Source: Takakia lepidozioides (taxonomy: Eukaryota; Plantae; Bryophyta). Taken from it: a stretch of 64,000 nt of DNA. Where the stretch lies: positions 64,728,001 to 64,792,000 of the forward strand of contig CM060731.1 of NCBI GenBank assembly GCA_030704615.1. Direction: 5' to 3'. The position numbers and the translations under genes are program-made. The first letter of the stretch is position 1; every line of letters starts with the position of its first letter. Under the pieces are notes generated by a model. That model had not been told where the DNA came from and did not search any database. It saw nothing but the letters and a program-made list of their open reading frames with translations. Of the stretch, positions 38,101-48,540 are shown in pieces.

Positions 38101-38615
38101 TGGTTGGGCTTCACCCCTTCCCGTATCATTTGCTCGTAGGTCTCCAAAGCCTTCCTATCACACCCATGCTTGGTAAATCCTGCCATCATTATATTCCACG
38201 TTATCAAACATCGTTGAGGCATTCTGTTGAACACTTGGTGAGCATCCATGATGCTCCCGCACTTAACATACATGTTGACAAGGGTGTTGTGTAGGAAAAC
38301 GTTTGGCTTGAATCCACTTTGGATAATGTGAGCATGCACCTGCTTTCCAGCTACAAGGCCTTTCATCTTGATGCATTTATGTAATAGACACACATAAGTA
38401 TATGAATCTGCTGAAATGCCTCCTTGGTTTAAAGTCTGTAGAGCCTCTTTCAGTAGCCCTGCCTCACAGAGCATCCTCACATCCCGAAAAGTGCCAGAAG
38501 AGGCATGGTGGACCCCCTCTCTTGGTCCTGTTTCACAAGCTGTGGTCATGGTCCAGGTGCCTGATTTTAGAAACTGTGCCGCAGCGCTGCTGCTTCCAAT
38601 TGACCATCTACCCAT
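35172..38615 (-). CDS. PLS-class PPR protein with E1-E2-DYW (PG-type) cytidine deaminase domain; C-to-U RNA editing factor
   Basis: 1147-aa uninterrupted ORF: 26 PPRs (L-S-P x7, L, S, P2-L2-S2), E1/E2, PG box EPGRCCIEV, HSEKLA, KNLRVCGDCH, terminal CSCEDYW. Confidence 0.97.
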   Translation of the reverse strand: MGRWSIGSSSAAAQFLKSGTWTMTTACETGPREGVHHASSGTFRDVRMLCEAGLLKEALQTLNQGGISADSYTYVCLLHKCIKMKGLVAGKQVHAHIIQSGFKPNVFLHNTLVNMYVKCGSIMDAHQVFNRMPQRCLITWNIMMAGFTKHGCDRKALETYEQMIREGVKPNHITYVCVCNACASLAALKKGKEVHDDIVKAGIVPDVILNSTLVNMYAKCGCIDDAKGVFDNMAERNVVSWSAMISGYVRQGRGMDALETYEQMLREGVKPNHITFVCVCNACSSLEKGKEVHRDIVKARIAPNVILNTALMNMYARCGSIVEAKGVFDNMDERDVVAWTTMIAGYAQQGHGMEALKIYQKMVQEGLKPNHITFACVCNVCANLAALDKGKEVHDDIIKAGIVPDVVLNTALMNMYARCGSLVDAKGVFDNMAERDVVSWTTMIAGYAQQGRGMEAMETYEQMVREGVKPNHITFVGVCNACASLATLEKGKEVHTDIVKAGIVPNVILNNTLVDMYAKCGCIHDAKGVFDNMAERNVVSWNTMISGYAQHGRGMEALETYEQMVREGVKPNHVTFVCVCNACASLAALERGKEIHGDIIKAGIVPDVILNTTLVDMYAKCGCIEDAKGVFDNMAERNVVSWSAMIAGYAQQGRGMEALETYEQMVREGVKPDHITFICVCNACASLAALEKSKEVHGDIVKAGIVPNVILNNTLVNMYSKCGCIEDARGVFNNMAERDVASWNAMISGYAQQGFRMEALETYRQMLGEGVKPDHITFVCVCNVCATLAALEKGKEVHEAIVKAGIVSDVILNNTLVDMYAKCGCIDDAKGVFDDMTERDVVSWNAMMAGYAQHGCHREVLQLFEGMQKEGLKPDSITFICVLSACSHVGLLYEGRRFFDSLSQDHGVTPTVKHFGCMVDLLGRVGRLDEAEDLINKMPIKPDTVVWKALLGACRIHGNVEMAERAATSILKWDEQDAATYVLLSNIYATAGRWDDSAKVRKVMKVRGVREEPGRCCIEVGNSVHTFALDDKLHPKIKEIHAELRRLSGQMKEAGYVPDTRFVLHDVGEEEREFSLCHHSEKLAIGFGLISTAPRTPLRLIKNLRVCGDCHTSTKLISKIVGRAIVVRDANRFHHFEDGVCSCEDYW

Positions 38616-40840
38616 GCAGATTTCTTGTAGCTATCGATCCACAGGGAATCACAGGTAATCTTGTGCTTGAAATCCCGCCCTCTTGGATGAATCCGGACCC
38701 ACACTCTATCCCTGCTCCTTCAGCTATCCCTGACTCCCCCCAAATCATGCATACATCCTCGCCTTGCTGCTAGCAGCTAACAATGACAGCCTAGATTTGC
38801 TATAGCAAACACCCCAGCCCTACTCATCGCACACAAGTTCATACACTGAATTGCATCTGCTTCTCTCTCCAATCTAACAGGCATTCACCTTCTTGCCTCA
38901 TTTGTCCCACCATTGACTGGGGTCGGAAAAATATTCCTTCCAAAGCTTCTCCTTGTCTCGGCTATCTGTTTTTGGATACTTTCCTGTTGCCACATTGGCA
39001 GTAACATGTCAAAATGAATCCAGACCACCATAGATCCACCCGACAAGCTAACTTGCAGAGTTTAACATGAAAAATTTAGGGACGACTCTGATAAGAGGGC
39101 AAACCAGGCTGAAATGTGTTGCAGAAGGTTTACTCATTAGCAGCGCCAGTTTTATCAATTGTACCCCTGCCGCCACCGCCACTGCTTCCAGATCTACCCA
39201 TGCAGATATGTTGTAGCTATCGATCCACAGGGAATCATAGGTAATCTTGTGCTTGAAATCCTGCCCTCTTTGATGTATCTGGACCCATACTCTATCCCTG
39301 CTCTTTCAGCTATCCCAGCCTCTGCACAAATCATGCATACATTCTCACCTTGCTGCTAGAGGCTGACAATGACAGCCTGGATTCGATCTGGCAAACACCC
39401 CAACCCTACTCATAACACACTAGTTTCTATGCTGAATTGCGTCTGCTTCTCTCTGTATTGTGAAAGGTATTCACCTTTTTGCCTGGATTGTCCCACCATT
39501 GACTGAGGTCAGAAAAATATTCCTTCCAAAGCTTCTCCTCCTCTCTGTTACTTGTTTGTGATGCTTTCCTGTTGTCGCATTGGCAGTAACATGACCAAAT
39601 CAATCCAGACCACATAGATCCACCCAACAAGCTACTTGCAGAATTAAACATGAAAAACTGGAGACGACTCTGATAAGAGCGCAAAACAGGCTGAAATGTG
39701 TTGAAGAAGAATGTGCCCTCACCAGTGTGTCCTTGAGCTTGCGTCATGGCAGCTAGCTTTTCTTTCAACCATGGAGTATCCACCAGACCATCAACTCGAA
39801 AGGACCTCTTGTGTGTGCCGCTTATGTGTGTAGTCAGGTGAACTCGGATTGGCCTGTGAGGAGAACCACCACGATGCAGCTAAGCAGCCATAGATTTAAA
39901 CTCGGCCCAAGCTGACCCTCCCAAGGACCTTGTAAACACCAGGAAAATAACCGATTCATGATACTACCCAGAACAACCCACATTTGCAGGATGGACAAAC
40001 TTCTTCACAAGGATAGTAAGAAGCCACACCTTGCAATTGCGTTTGTTCCGCCGTTCAGAAGGATCTTTAAGAAACTCGTGCCAGCTCTCCTCCATGCTCT
40101 GCAGAAGGCCTTGGTGCCCAAAAATCTGACAGCATCAACATTTGGACAAGTTCCCTTCTGGAGGAGTCCTAGTGCTCTTTCAACAACATTCATGCAAGTC
40201 ACTTTGGGCTCCATTGGACTCAGCACAATGAAGAACAGTCGAAATGCCCAAACTCACACATATCTAAATAAGCTTATGTCGGTAGTCTGTGAAAACGCAG
40301 GGAGCAGCTGAGGAGACACAGTCTCAAACCTCCCAAGTACCTTGCAAACTTTCCAGAGCAAAGCGGGATTCTGACTTCACTCAATAACGGTACAGTCCAG
40401 TCCACACCATACGATCATACCAGAGTTCCGTCAAACACCCTTTCTCATCCTACATCAAGAAAGCTCACCTTGTCAAGGCTACTGTCCCACCTTTGTGAAG
40501 TATCTTTAAAGAACTGCAAGCACTGTTCCATGCTCCAGCGTTGACCTACTCGCCAGTTATACCAATTATCGACCTGGCCTAACGATCCTAACGATCCCGT
40601 GCGCTTTCTTGCTTCGTACATTCGTTTCTGCTGAATTGCGCAAAAGACATTTCCTGAGAGTGGATCCGGCGGCGCATACAAACAATACATCGACCCCCAA
40701 AAAGGAATTGAATGGCATCCCTGAAGGCGCCATACCCACCGTCTGCAATGGACACCGTCCTCGGCAAATTGCGAAGGGGAATGCCGCTTTCAGCTCCACA
40801 GCCCCGCTGCATGACGCGAGGCCTCTCGTACGAGGAGCAT
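38590..40840 (-). pseudogene. Decayed 5' exons of the PPR-DYW gene: targeting-peptide-like leader plus tandem OSB-type PDF motifs
   Basis: Exon 1 40840-40469: MLLVREASRHAAGLWS*KRH...SMEQCLQFFKDTSQRWDSSLDK|GT. Later exons: SMEESWHEFLKDPSERRNKRNCK|, ANPSSPDYTHK..TPWLKEKL, LWKEYFSDLSQWWDNPGKK|, IHQRGQDFKHKITYDSLWIDS, LWKEYFSDPSQWWDK*GKK|, IHPRGRDFKHKITCDSLWIDSYKKSAWV. The last is 1 nt out of frame with the PPR ORF. Confidence 0.8.
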
Positions 40841-40947
40841 AATTGTTATGAAGCCCTCAGAAAGATTGTTGAAGCAGATTGTTGAGCAGAGGATGAGGGA
40901 GTTGAAGCTCTGAGGGCACTTTGGCGTGTCGTTCAGACTTGTGGCTG

Positions 40948-42262
40948 CTCAGCTGCCCCCTGGTCGTTTTCACAGACCACCTCACAATCTCCAAAAGACT
41001 GACATAAGCTGGTTTAGCATGTGTATAAGTTTGGACATGTTCGAGTGTTACTCATTGTGTCGAGTCCGATGGAGCCCACAGTGACTTGCATGAATTTTGT
41101 TGAAAGAGCACTAGCGCTCCTCCAGAAGGGAACTTGTCAAAATGTTGATGCTGTCGAATTTTGGGGCACAAAGGCCTACTGGATAGCATGGAGCAGAGCT
41201 GGCATGAGCTTTTTAAGGATCCTTCTCAATGGCGGGACAAACGCAATCGCAAGGTGTTGTCCATACTGCAAATGTGGGTTCTTCCTGTTAGTACCATGAT
41301 TTGGTAAATTTCTTGGTGTTTACAAGGTCCTTGGGAGGGTCAGCTTGGTCTTAGGTCTTAGGAGGCGAGTTAAAATCTATGGCTGCTGAGCTGCACCGTG
41401 CTGGTTGTCCTCACAGACCAATCCGAGTTCACCTGGCACGCACAAGAGGTCCTTTTGGGTTGATCCTCCATGGTTGAAAGAAAAGCTAGCTGCCATGACT
41501 CAAGGTCAAGGACAAAGTGGTGAGGGCACATTCTTCTTCAACACATTTCAGGCTGTTCTTATATCAGAGTCGTCCCAAGTTTTTCATGTTGAATTCTCCA
41601 AGTTAGCTCGCGTGGTGGATCTATGGTGGTTGGGCTTTTGACATGTACTGCCAATGTGGCAACAGGAAAATATCCAAACACAGATAACAGAGACGTGGAG
41701 AGGCTTTGGAAGGAATAGCTTTCCGACCCCAGTCAATGGTGGGACAATCAAGGCAAAAAGGTGAATGCCTGTTAAGAGAGAAGCAGATGCAATTGAGCGT
41801 AGGAGCTAGGGTTGGGGTGTTTGCTAGAACAAATGTAGGCTGTCATTGTCAGCCGCTAGTGGCAAGGCAAGGATGTATGCATGACTTGTGCAGAGGCAGG
41901 GATAGCTGAAGGAGTGGGGATAGAGTGTGGATCCAGATTCATCCAAGAGGGCCGGATTTCAAGCACATGATAATCTATGATTCCCTGTGGATTGATAGCT
42001 ACAAGAAACCTGCATAGGTAGATGGTCATCTGGAAGCGGCGGCGGCGGCAGTGCCGCAGTAAATAAAACAGGCATTGCTAATCTGCTGAATTACGTCTGC
42101 TGAATTACGTCTGCTTCTCTGTCTTTTTCAGCCGCTAGTAGCAAGGTGAGGATGTCTGCATGATTTGTGCAGAGGCAGGGATAGCTGAAGGAGCAGGGAT
42201 AGAGTGTGGGTCCAGATTCATCCAAGAGGGCCGGATTTCAAGCACAAGATTACCTATGATTC
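40948..42262 (+). pseudogene. Inverted duplicate of the PDF-motif exons
   Basis: Reverse-complement match to ~38640-40312. Encodes SMEQSWHELFKDPSQWRDKRNRK|, LWKE*LSDPSQWWDNQGKK|, IHPRGPDFKHM..LWIDS and IHPRGPDFKHKITYDS. Confidence 0.85.
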
Positions 42263-42405
42263 TATTGAAGTAATGCAGTGTACTGACTCCCAGAATTATG
42301 CACAACGATGTAGCAAAGAGAATGTATTAACACTGATTGCGAAAGTATCCACACAGCTTCACAATCCTTGCACACACTGCTATCGCTCACACTCTCTGAC
42401 ACACG

Positions 42406-44460
42406 ATTAAACTCAAGATAGCTGAGAGACGAGCCCTCTATAAAGAGTGCTGCAATTTGGAAACCAACAGAGAATTGTGGGCGAGGTACTACCAGCTCCG
42501 TAAAGATATCAATCAGCTTGTTAGGTCTCAGAAGAAATTATACTGGGACAAGTTATACAGTGAAATAAACTCAAACCAAAGAAATTCTGGTTGGCCCTTC
42601 AACGTTTGTACAAGCCGAAAAACGGCCAGCAAGTACAAGTGCTGAAGACTACTAAAGGTGCAGTGGTGACTTCATCGGTTGACATTGTCAAAACCTTTGA
42701 AACTCACTACAGTATCCTTGGCAGAACTTCTAGGTCTAACAGTGAGGGGTCTTCTGCTGAATGGAGGGACACAGTTGGAAAAACTGTTCCTATGATTCAA
42801 AACAGCCCTGATGAACTGGAGTATATTTCAATGGCTTATAATGCTCCCATTAGTTCTTCTGAGATTGTGGAAGCAATTGAACATTTAAATGGATATAAAG
42901 CTGGTGGACCTGATGGTATTGTCAACGAGCTTATCAAGCACGGTGGCGATCCCATGATAGAGGCCCTAGTTCTCCTCTTTAACCTTATCTGGAAGACTGA
43001 AATGATCCCCTTTCGCTGGCGACAGGGGGTCATTGTCAATCTATACAAGAAGGGTGACAGAGAAGAACCGGGGAACTACCGTGGCATCACGCTCCTCAAT
43101 GCTGTTGGCAAGACATTCTGCAGAGTTATAAGTACTCGTCTCGAGGTTGATCTGGAGTCTAGAGGTTGTTTCCACGAAGGCCAAGCTGGCTTTCGGCGAA
43201 ACAGGGGCTGTGTGGATCATATCTTCACTCTAAGCCAGATTATCCAGGGAAGGAAAAAAGAAGGGAAACCCACCTATGTTTTTTTCCTGGATGTCAAAAA
43301 GGCTTATGATACAGTGTGGAGAGATGGCCTATGGTTCCGCCTCTGGTCTTGTGGGATCAAGGGAACGATGTGGAGAGTTGTCCACAACTTGTATGCTCAC
43401 ACCAAAAGCTGTGTCACTGTTAACAGACAGAAGTCCAACTTTTTTGACATAGACCAAGGTGTAGCTCAAGGATGTACTCTCTCCCCTCTGCTCTTCAATG
43501 TTTTCATCAATCAACTCCTCGAGGATGTGGAAAGTGAGGGATTTGGGTTAAGGGTTGGTGATACCACCATACCAGCCCTTATGTTTGCGGATGACTTTGC
43601 AGGCATAGGGGAGACTCCAACCAATCTCCAGGAGTTGATTGATTGCGCGAAGAGATACTTTGATCTTTGGGGGCTAGAGGCTAATGTCAGCAAATGTGCA
43701 GTGGTAGCATTCAACGACAGAGGAGAGGGAGGAAGTGATCTTAAGTGGCAGTGGGGTAGCCAAGAGATCCCAGTCCTCCCTTCCTACACTTACCTGGGCG
43801 TTGAGTTTTCCTCCAATTGTAATTGGGATGCACATATCCGGAAAGTTGTTCAAACTGGCAAGGGCAAAGCTCTGGGGCTCACTAAATTTTTCCACTGCAG
43901 AGGGGTCAACTCTGAGGTTAAGAAAACCATGCTTTGTCACGTTATTAGACCTGCCTTGGAGTACGGATCTGCTATATGGGTTGATAACTCCAACCAGGCT
44001 AAGTCTCTAGAATCCATTCAAGTGGGGGTGCTTAAGGAGTGTATGTCAGCATGCTCCAAAACAGCCAATGTGGCTGTTCGGGGTGAGTTTGGCATTCCGT
44101 CCTTAAGCTCCCGACGAGATGAATTCAAGGTCAGATGGTGGGGTCAGCTGCAACATATGCCCAACACCAGATATCCTAAGTTAATCGACTCTATATCTTG
44201 GAAACAGGACCGCCCTGTCAAACAGGCTAAGTCCTGGCAGAAGAGAGTAGAAGAGATTCTCAAGGCCCTGGACCTGGATCCGCAAGTCTTGACCCTGCTG
44301 GATAAATCTGACTTAGAGGCTGTAGTGTCCTCAGCCATGTCTGTTGCCATGAGATTGTCTGATGAAAATGAAGTTAGGCAGAAAACTTCCCTGAACTTGT
44401 TTCCAGTCGTTGACATGGGGGAGGACATCTTGGATGACCTCAAGGGTCTACCCACCTTTG
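42406..44460 (+). mobile_element. RTEX-like LINE copy 4 with an intact RT region, truncated at both ends
   Basis: ORF 42591-44585 contains all RT motifs. Highly similar to copy 2. Homology ends at GLPT (~44456). Confidence 0.95.
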
Positions 44461-45002
44461 GGCCAATCCACTGTGGATGGAAGAGGGGTGTAAGTCTTCA
44501 TGCCTTCACCAGCAGCGTAGTAACTCTGAACAATATGTTGAGATTTATTAGAACATGGCTGCATTCATGGGTAGTAATTATGTAGCCACATGGGTCCATT
44601 CTTTTTTTCCCTTTTCTGAACCAATTCTAACTTTTTTTGGGGGACACTTCTATTGATAACCTCTATCCGCCACACTTTCCAAACCCCTACATTATATATA
44701 ACCGCCTCCATACCGATTTAAACAAAGATGCCTTACTTACCGGACCCTTCCAAATTGTCATACCCGCCCAACAGTGGTACATACGTTAAAGCACTTGAGG
44801 GTTCTTCGGCCTTATTCGGAGGTCGATTAGATTACCCAATATGCGGCTAAAGGCAGGTGCTGGCAAATTAACACCGTATATCAACTACACGGCCATGTTT
44901 TTCGTATTGATTCGGAGAAAACAACAAATGTATCTGTGTGTTATGAGCAAACTCTATGAATGCAATCTATTTACTGATCTCTTCACGATCACTTGTCGCT
45001 AG

Positions 45003-46760
45003 AGTATTTCAGCAGATTCAGATACTTCTTTCTCTTGCATAAGTGGATCAAGATGGAAGGCCTGGAAGCTGGAAAGCAGGTGGATGCTCACATTATCCAT
45101 AGTGGATTCAGCCAAACATTTTCCTACAAAACACCCTTGTCAACATGTATGTTAAGTGCGGGAGCATGGTGGATGCTCACCAATTGTTCGACAGATTGCC
45201 TGAACGATGTTTGATCTCGTGGAATATAATGATGGCAGGATTTACCAAGCATGGGTGTCATAGGAAGGCTTTGGAGACCTAGGAGCAAATGATACGGGAA
45301 GGGGTGAAGCCCAACCATATCACGTATGTTTGCGTTTGCAATGCGTGTGCGAGCCTGGCAGCCCTGGAAAAGGGCAAAGAGGTTCATGACGACATTGTGA
45401 AAGCTGGAATTGTACCAGATGTCATTCTGAACAGTACCCTGGTGAACATGTATGCCAAATGTGGATGCATCGATGATGCAAAGGGAGTGTTTGACAATAT
45501 GGCTGAACGAAATGTGGTGTTGTGGAGTGCGATAATTGCAGGATATGCACAGCAGGGCCGCGGTATGGAGGCTTTGGAGACCTACGAGCAAATGGAGAGG
45601 GAAGGGATGAAGCCCAACCACATCACATTTGTTTGCGTTTGCAATGCGTGTGCGATCCTGGCAGCCCTGGAAAAGGGCAAAGAGGTCCATGGTGACATTG
45701 TCAAAGCTGGAATTGTACCAGATGTTGTTCTGAACACTGCTCTGATGAACATGTATGCGAAATGCGGGAGCATCGAGGATGCAAAGGGAGTGTTGGACAA
45801 TATGGCTGAACGAGATGTGGTGTCTTGGACATCAATGATCACAGCTTATGCACGGCAGGGGCGCGGGATGGAGGCTTTGGAGACCTATGAGCAAATGATG
45901 AGGGAAGGGGTGAAACCCGACCGCATCACGTTTGTTTGCGTCTGCAAGGTGAGTGCGAGCCTGGCATCCCTGGATAAGGGCAAGGAAGTCCATGGGGACA
46001 TTGTCAAAGCTGGAATTGTACCAGGTGTCATTCTGAATAGTACCCTGGTGGACATGTATGCCAAACGTGGGTGCATTGAGGATGCAAAGGGAGTGTTCGA
46101 CATAATGGCTGAACGAAATGTGGTGTCTTGGAGCGCGATGATTGCAGGATATGCACAGCAGGGGCGTGGGATGGAGGCTTTGGAGACCTATGAGCAAATG
46201 GTGTGGGAAGGGGTGAAGCCCAACCACATCACATTTGTTGGTGTTTGGATGCGTGTGCAAGCCTGGCAGCCCTGGAAAAGGGCAAAGAGGTCCATGGGGC
46301 CATCTTCAATGCTGGAATTGTACTAGATGTCATTCTGAACAATACTCTCGTGGACATGAATGCCAAATGTGGGTGCATTGATGATGCAAAGGGAGTGTTC
46401 GACAATATGGCGGAACGAGATGTGGTGTCCTGGAACGCAATGATGGCAGGATATGCCCAGCATGGTTGTCATAGGGAAGTCCTGCAGCTATTTGAAGGAA
46501 TGCAAGAGGAAGGCTTGAAGCCGGACAGTATCACATTTATGTGTGTTCTCTCTGCATGCAACCATGTTGGCCTACTGTATGAAGGAAGACGCTTATTCGA
46601 TTCCCTGCATCAAGATCATGGTGGCACTCCGACAGTAAAGCACTTTGGCTGCATGGTGGACCTTCTTGGACGGGCGGGGCGATTGGATGAGGCAGAGGAC
46701 CTCATTAATAAAATGCCAATCAAACCAGATGCTGTGGTGTGGAAGGCCTTGCTTGGTGCC
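45003..46760 (+). pseudogene. PLS-PPR paralog (17 repeats), truncated in E1, no DYW
   Basis: High identity to the 35172-38615 gene. TAG at 45280, frameshift at ~46248. Ends at WKALLGA, where the HET fragment begins. Confidence 0.92.
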
Positions 46761-47251
46761 CATGGTGTCTCCTCCTCCAGCCCCGCCAGCCGCTGCACGC
46801 CCCCCAGCAGCGCCACACGCACCGCGCACCCGCTGTACACCGAGTGCATTCGCTGGAACTGCCAATTCTTGTCCTCACGGTCGAGCTGCAAGATGCACAT
46901 GCGGTCCAACCACAGCAATGGGCAGTCGTCCTTCAGCGCCGCGAGACGCTTCCAGCACGTCGATGCTGATGGGGCCGCCGTGTTCGCTGCCGGTGACGAG
47001 GAAGGCGCCTTGCGGGGGTGGGGTGAGGGACTCGAGCCCCTTCCACGGATACGAGATGGTCGCAAAGCGGGTCTCCGTGGGTAGCGACAACGTTTCCGAA
47101 CATTCGCAAGATTTGGGAGTGCGCAAAGGCGTGCGTGTCGAGGAAGCGAAAGCGGCAGGGCGTCGCGTGGAGCGACAGGTCGAAGGGCCTGGTGTCGGCG
47201 ATCAGCGAGGGGAGTTGGGCGTTCGAGAATTTGGTGATCAAGGATCGTCAT
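46760..47251 (-). pseudogene. Fungal-type HET (heterokaryon incompatibility) domain gene fragment
   Basis: Composite over three frames: ATPCRFRFLD..LRMF / FATISYPWKG..GPISIDVL / LLWLDRMCILQLDREDKNWQFQRMHSVYSGC..LGGVQRLAGLEEETPW. Matches the HET consensus YxAxSYxW, LWxDxxCIxQ, KxxQIxxMxxIY. GC is 41/60 in line 46801. Confidence 0.85.
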
Positions 47252-47499
47252 GGTTATGGTGGTCCCAGAATCTCGTGATCCCGGATCGCAAATGGTGTAG
47301 AACAGGCAAACAACTGAAGGTATATACCTCACGGTCGTGTTAGGCAAAACTCAAAAAGATTCCATATTGGTGTTTAGGCATTTTTCTTAGATAATTTTCA
47401 AGCATTAGGCAATAAAGTTTCTTTAACGTCCAGTGAATTTACAGAGCCTTAGGCAATAGTGATAGGTAAACTATAGTAGCTCTAGTGAGTAAGTGACTA

Positions 47500-48085
47500 G
47501 CTTAACTGGTAAGTTACTACCTTTGATGTGAAGACGGCCCGGATGTCTATCTTGATGGGAGTGTAACTGAAAGCAAGTTGCATAGATACTAGCCAACCTA
47601 AGTGAATAGGGTAGCAACTTACAGATCTCAGTCTCCTCCTTGCAGCCAGTACCTCCACCAAGTATTTTTTCCTGTTCCGAAGAGCAAGATGCAATCTTCC
47701 TCCTCTCCTTTTCATGCTCTAGAAGCTCCCATGATGTTCTTGAGCCTGTCCAAAGTCAAGTTGTTCATTCTATAAGTTGTGGCTTGACATCCAATTCCTG
47801 ACAGAGAGAATCCAAATGATGCATTGCTTATCCGAGGACCACATTTTCCACTATACATGCACTTGGGAAATTCTGAAGTGAACTACGCTTATTCATGAAC
47901 TTCCATGAAAAATTATAAGAGCCACGACTGGCAGGGAAAATTGTGAATTTACCATCGAGAGTAGCAGAACTCGCATCAGCATCGGCCAAGGTGATTGCAA
48001 CTTGTGGTAAAAATGTCAACACCCCAAGTGTCTCCTCGTTTGTTGTCTGCACCTCTACATGAAAATCAACACACAACACATAACC
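47500..48085 (-). other. Unidentified degraded coding-like fragment
   Basis: Acceptor-like TTCGCAG followed by the open stretch YVLCVDFHVEVQTT...SYNFSWKFM, then frameshifted pieces (FSLSGIG, TWWRYW). No family recognised. Confidence 0.25.
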
Positions 48086-48540
48086 TGCGAAAATTTCCAG
48101 CAGAGTTGTGCAAGTGCTAGCAATTGTTGTCACATGGCTGTGAAATTGTTGGAGTAATCTGATAAGGGTAAGCTTCCACACAAAATTACTTCTCTTGAGG
48201 TGGAGAAATTCGCGGTTGAAGTGGACAAGTGGGAGAGGGGCAGAGACGGATTGAATACTGGCGGTGCATGCATACATGAAGAAAGAATGCACTAGGAGAT
48301 CACACACTCCCCACTCCAAGACAGTAGGAATGCAGCCAGGATTGGTTTGGAAACGCACTCACTACAAAACGAATGTCATTAACGTGACAACAGAAGCAAG
48401 GTTGTGACACTTGTACACGCTATATCTATCCCCATTTGTGCTCAAAAAAAGTTTCACCCATCTTTCCATTTCTTATTATTGTTGACTTTAAGGAAGAGGA
48501 ATCTTGCAGTGTGAGCGGTTCCCACGCAAGATTCCTCAAC

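Noticed and set aside
35272-38294. Many repeated + strand ORFs (MDLFALFQG..., MSNTPFASS...)
   Set aside because: Antisense shadows of the PPR repeat array.
38895-40792. Stops in the PDF exons rescued by U-to-C RNA editing
   Set aside because: Such editing is organellar, whereas this locus is nuclear with spliceosomal introns. Frameshifts are present as well.
46203-47347. Functional PPR-HET fusion protein
   Set aside because: HET is on the opposite strand and both partners are frameshifted. The long ORFs across the junction are read-through artefacts of high GC.
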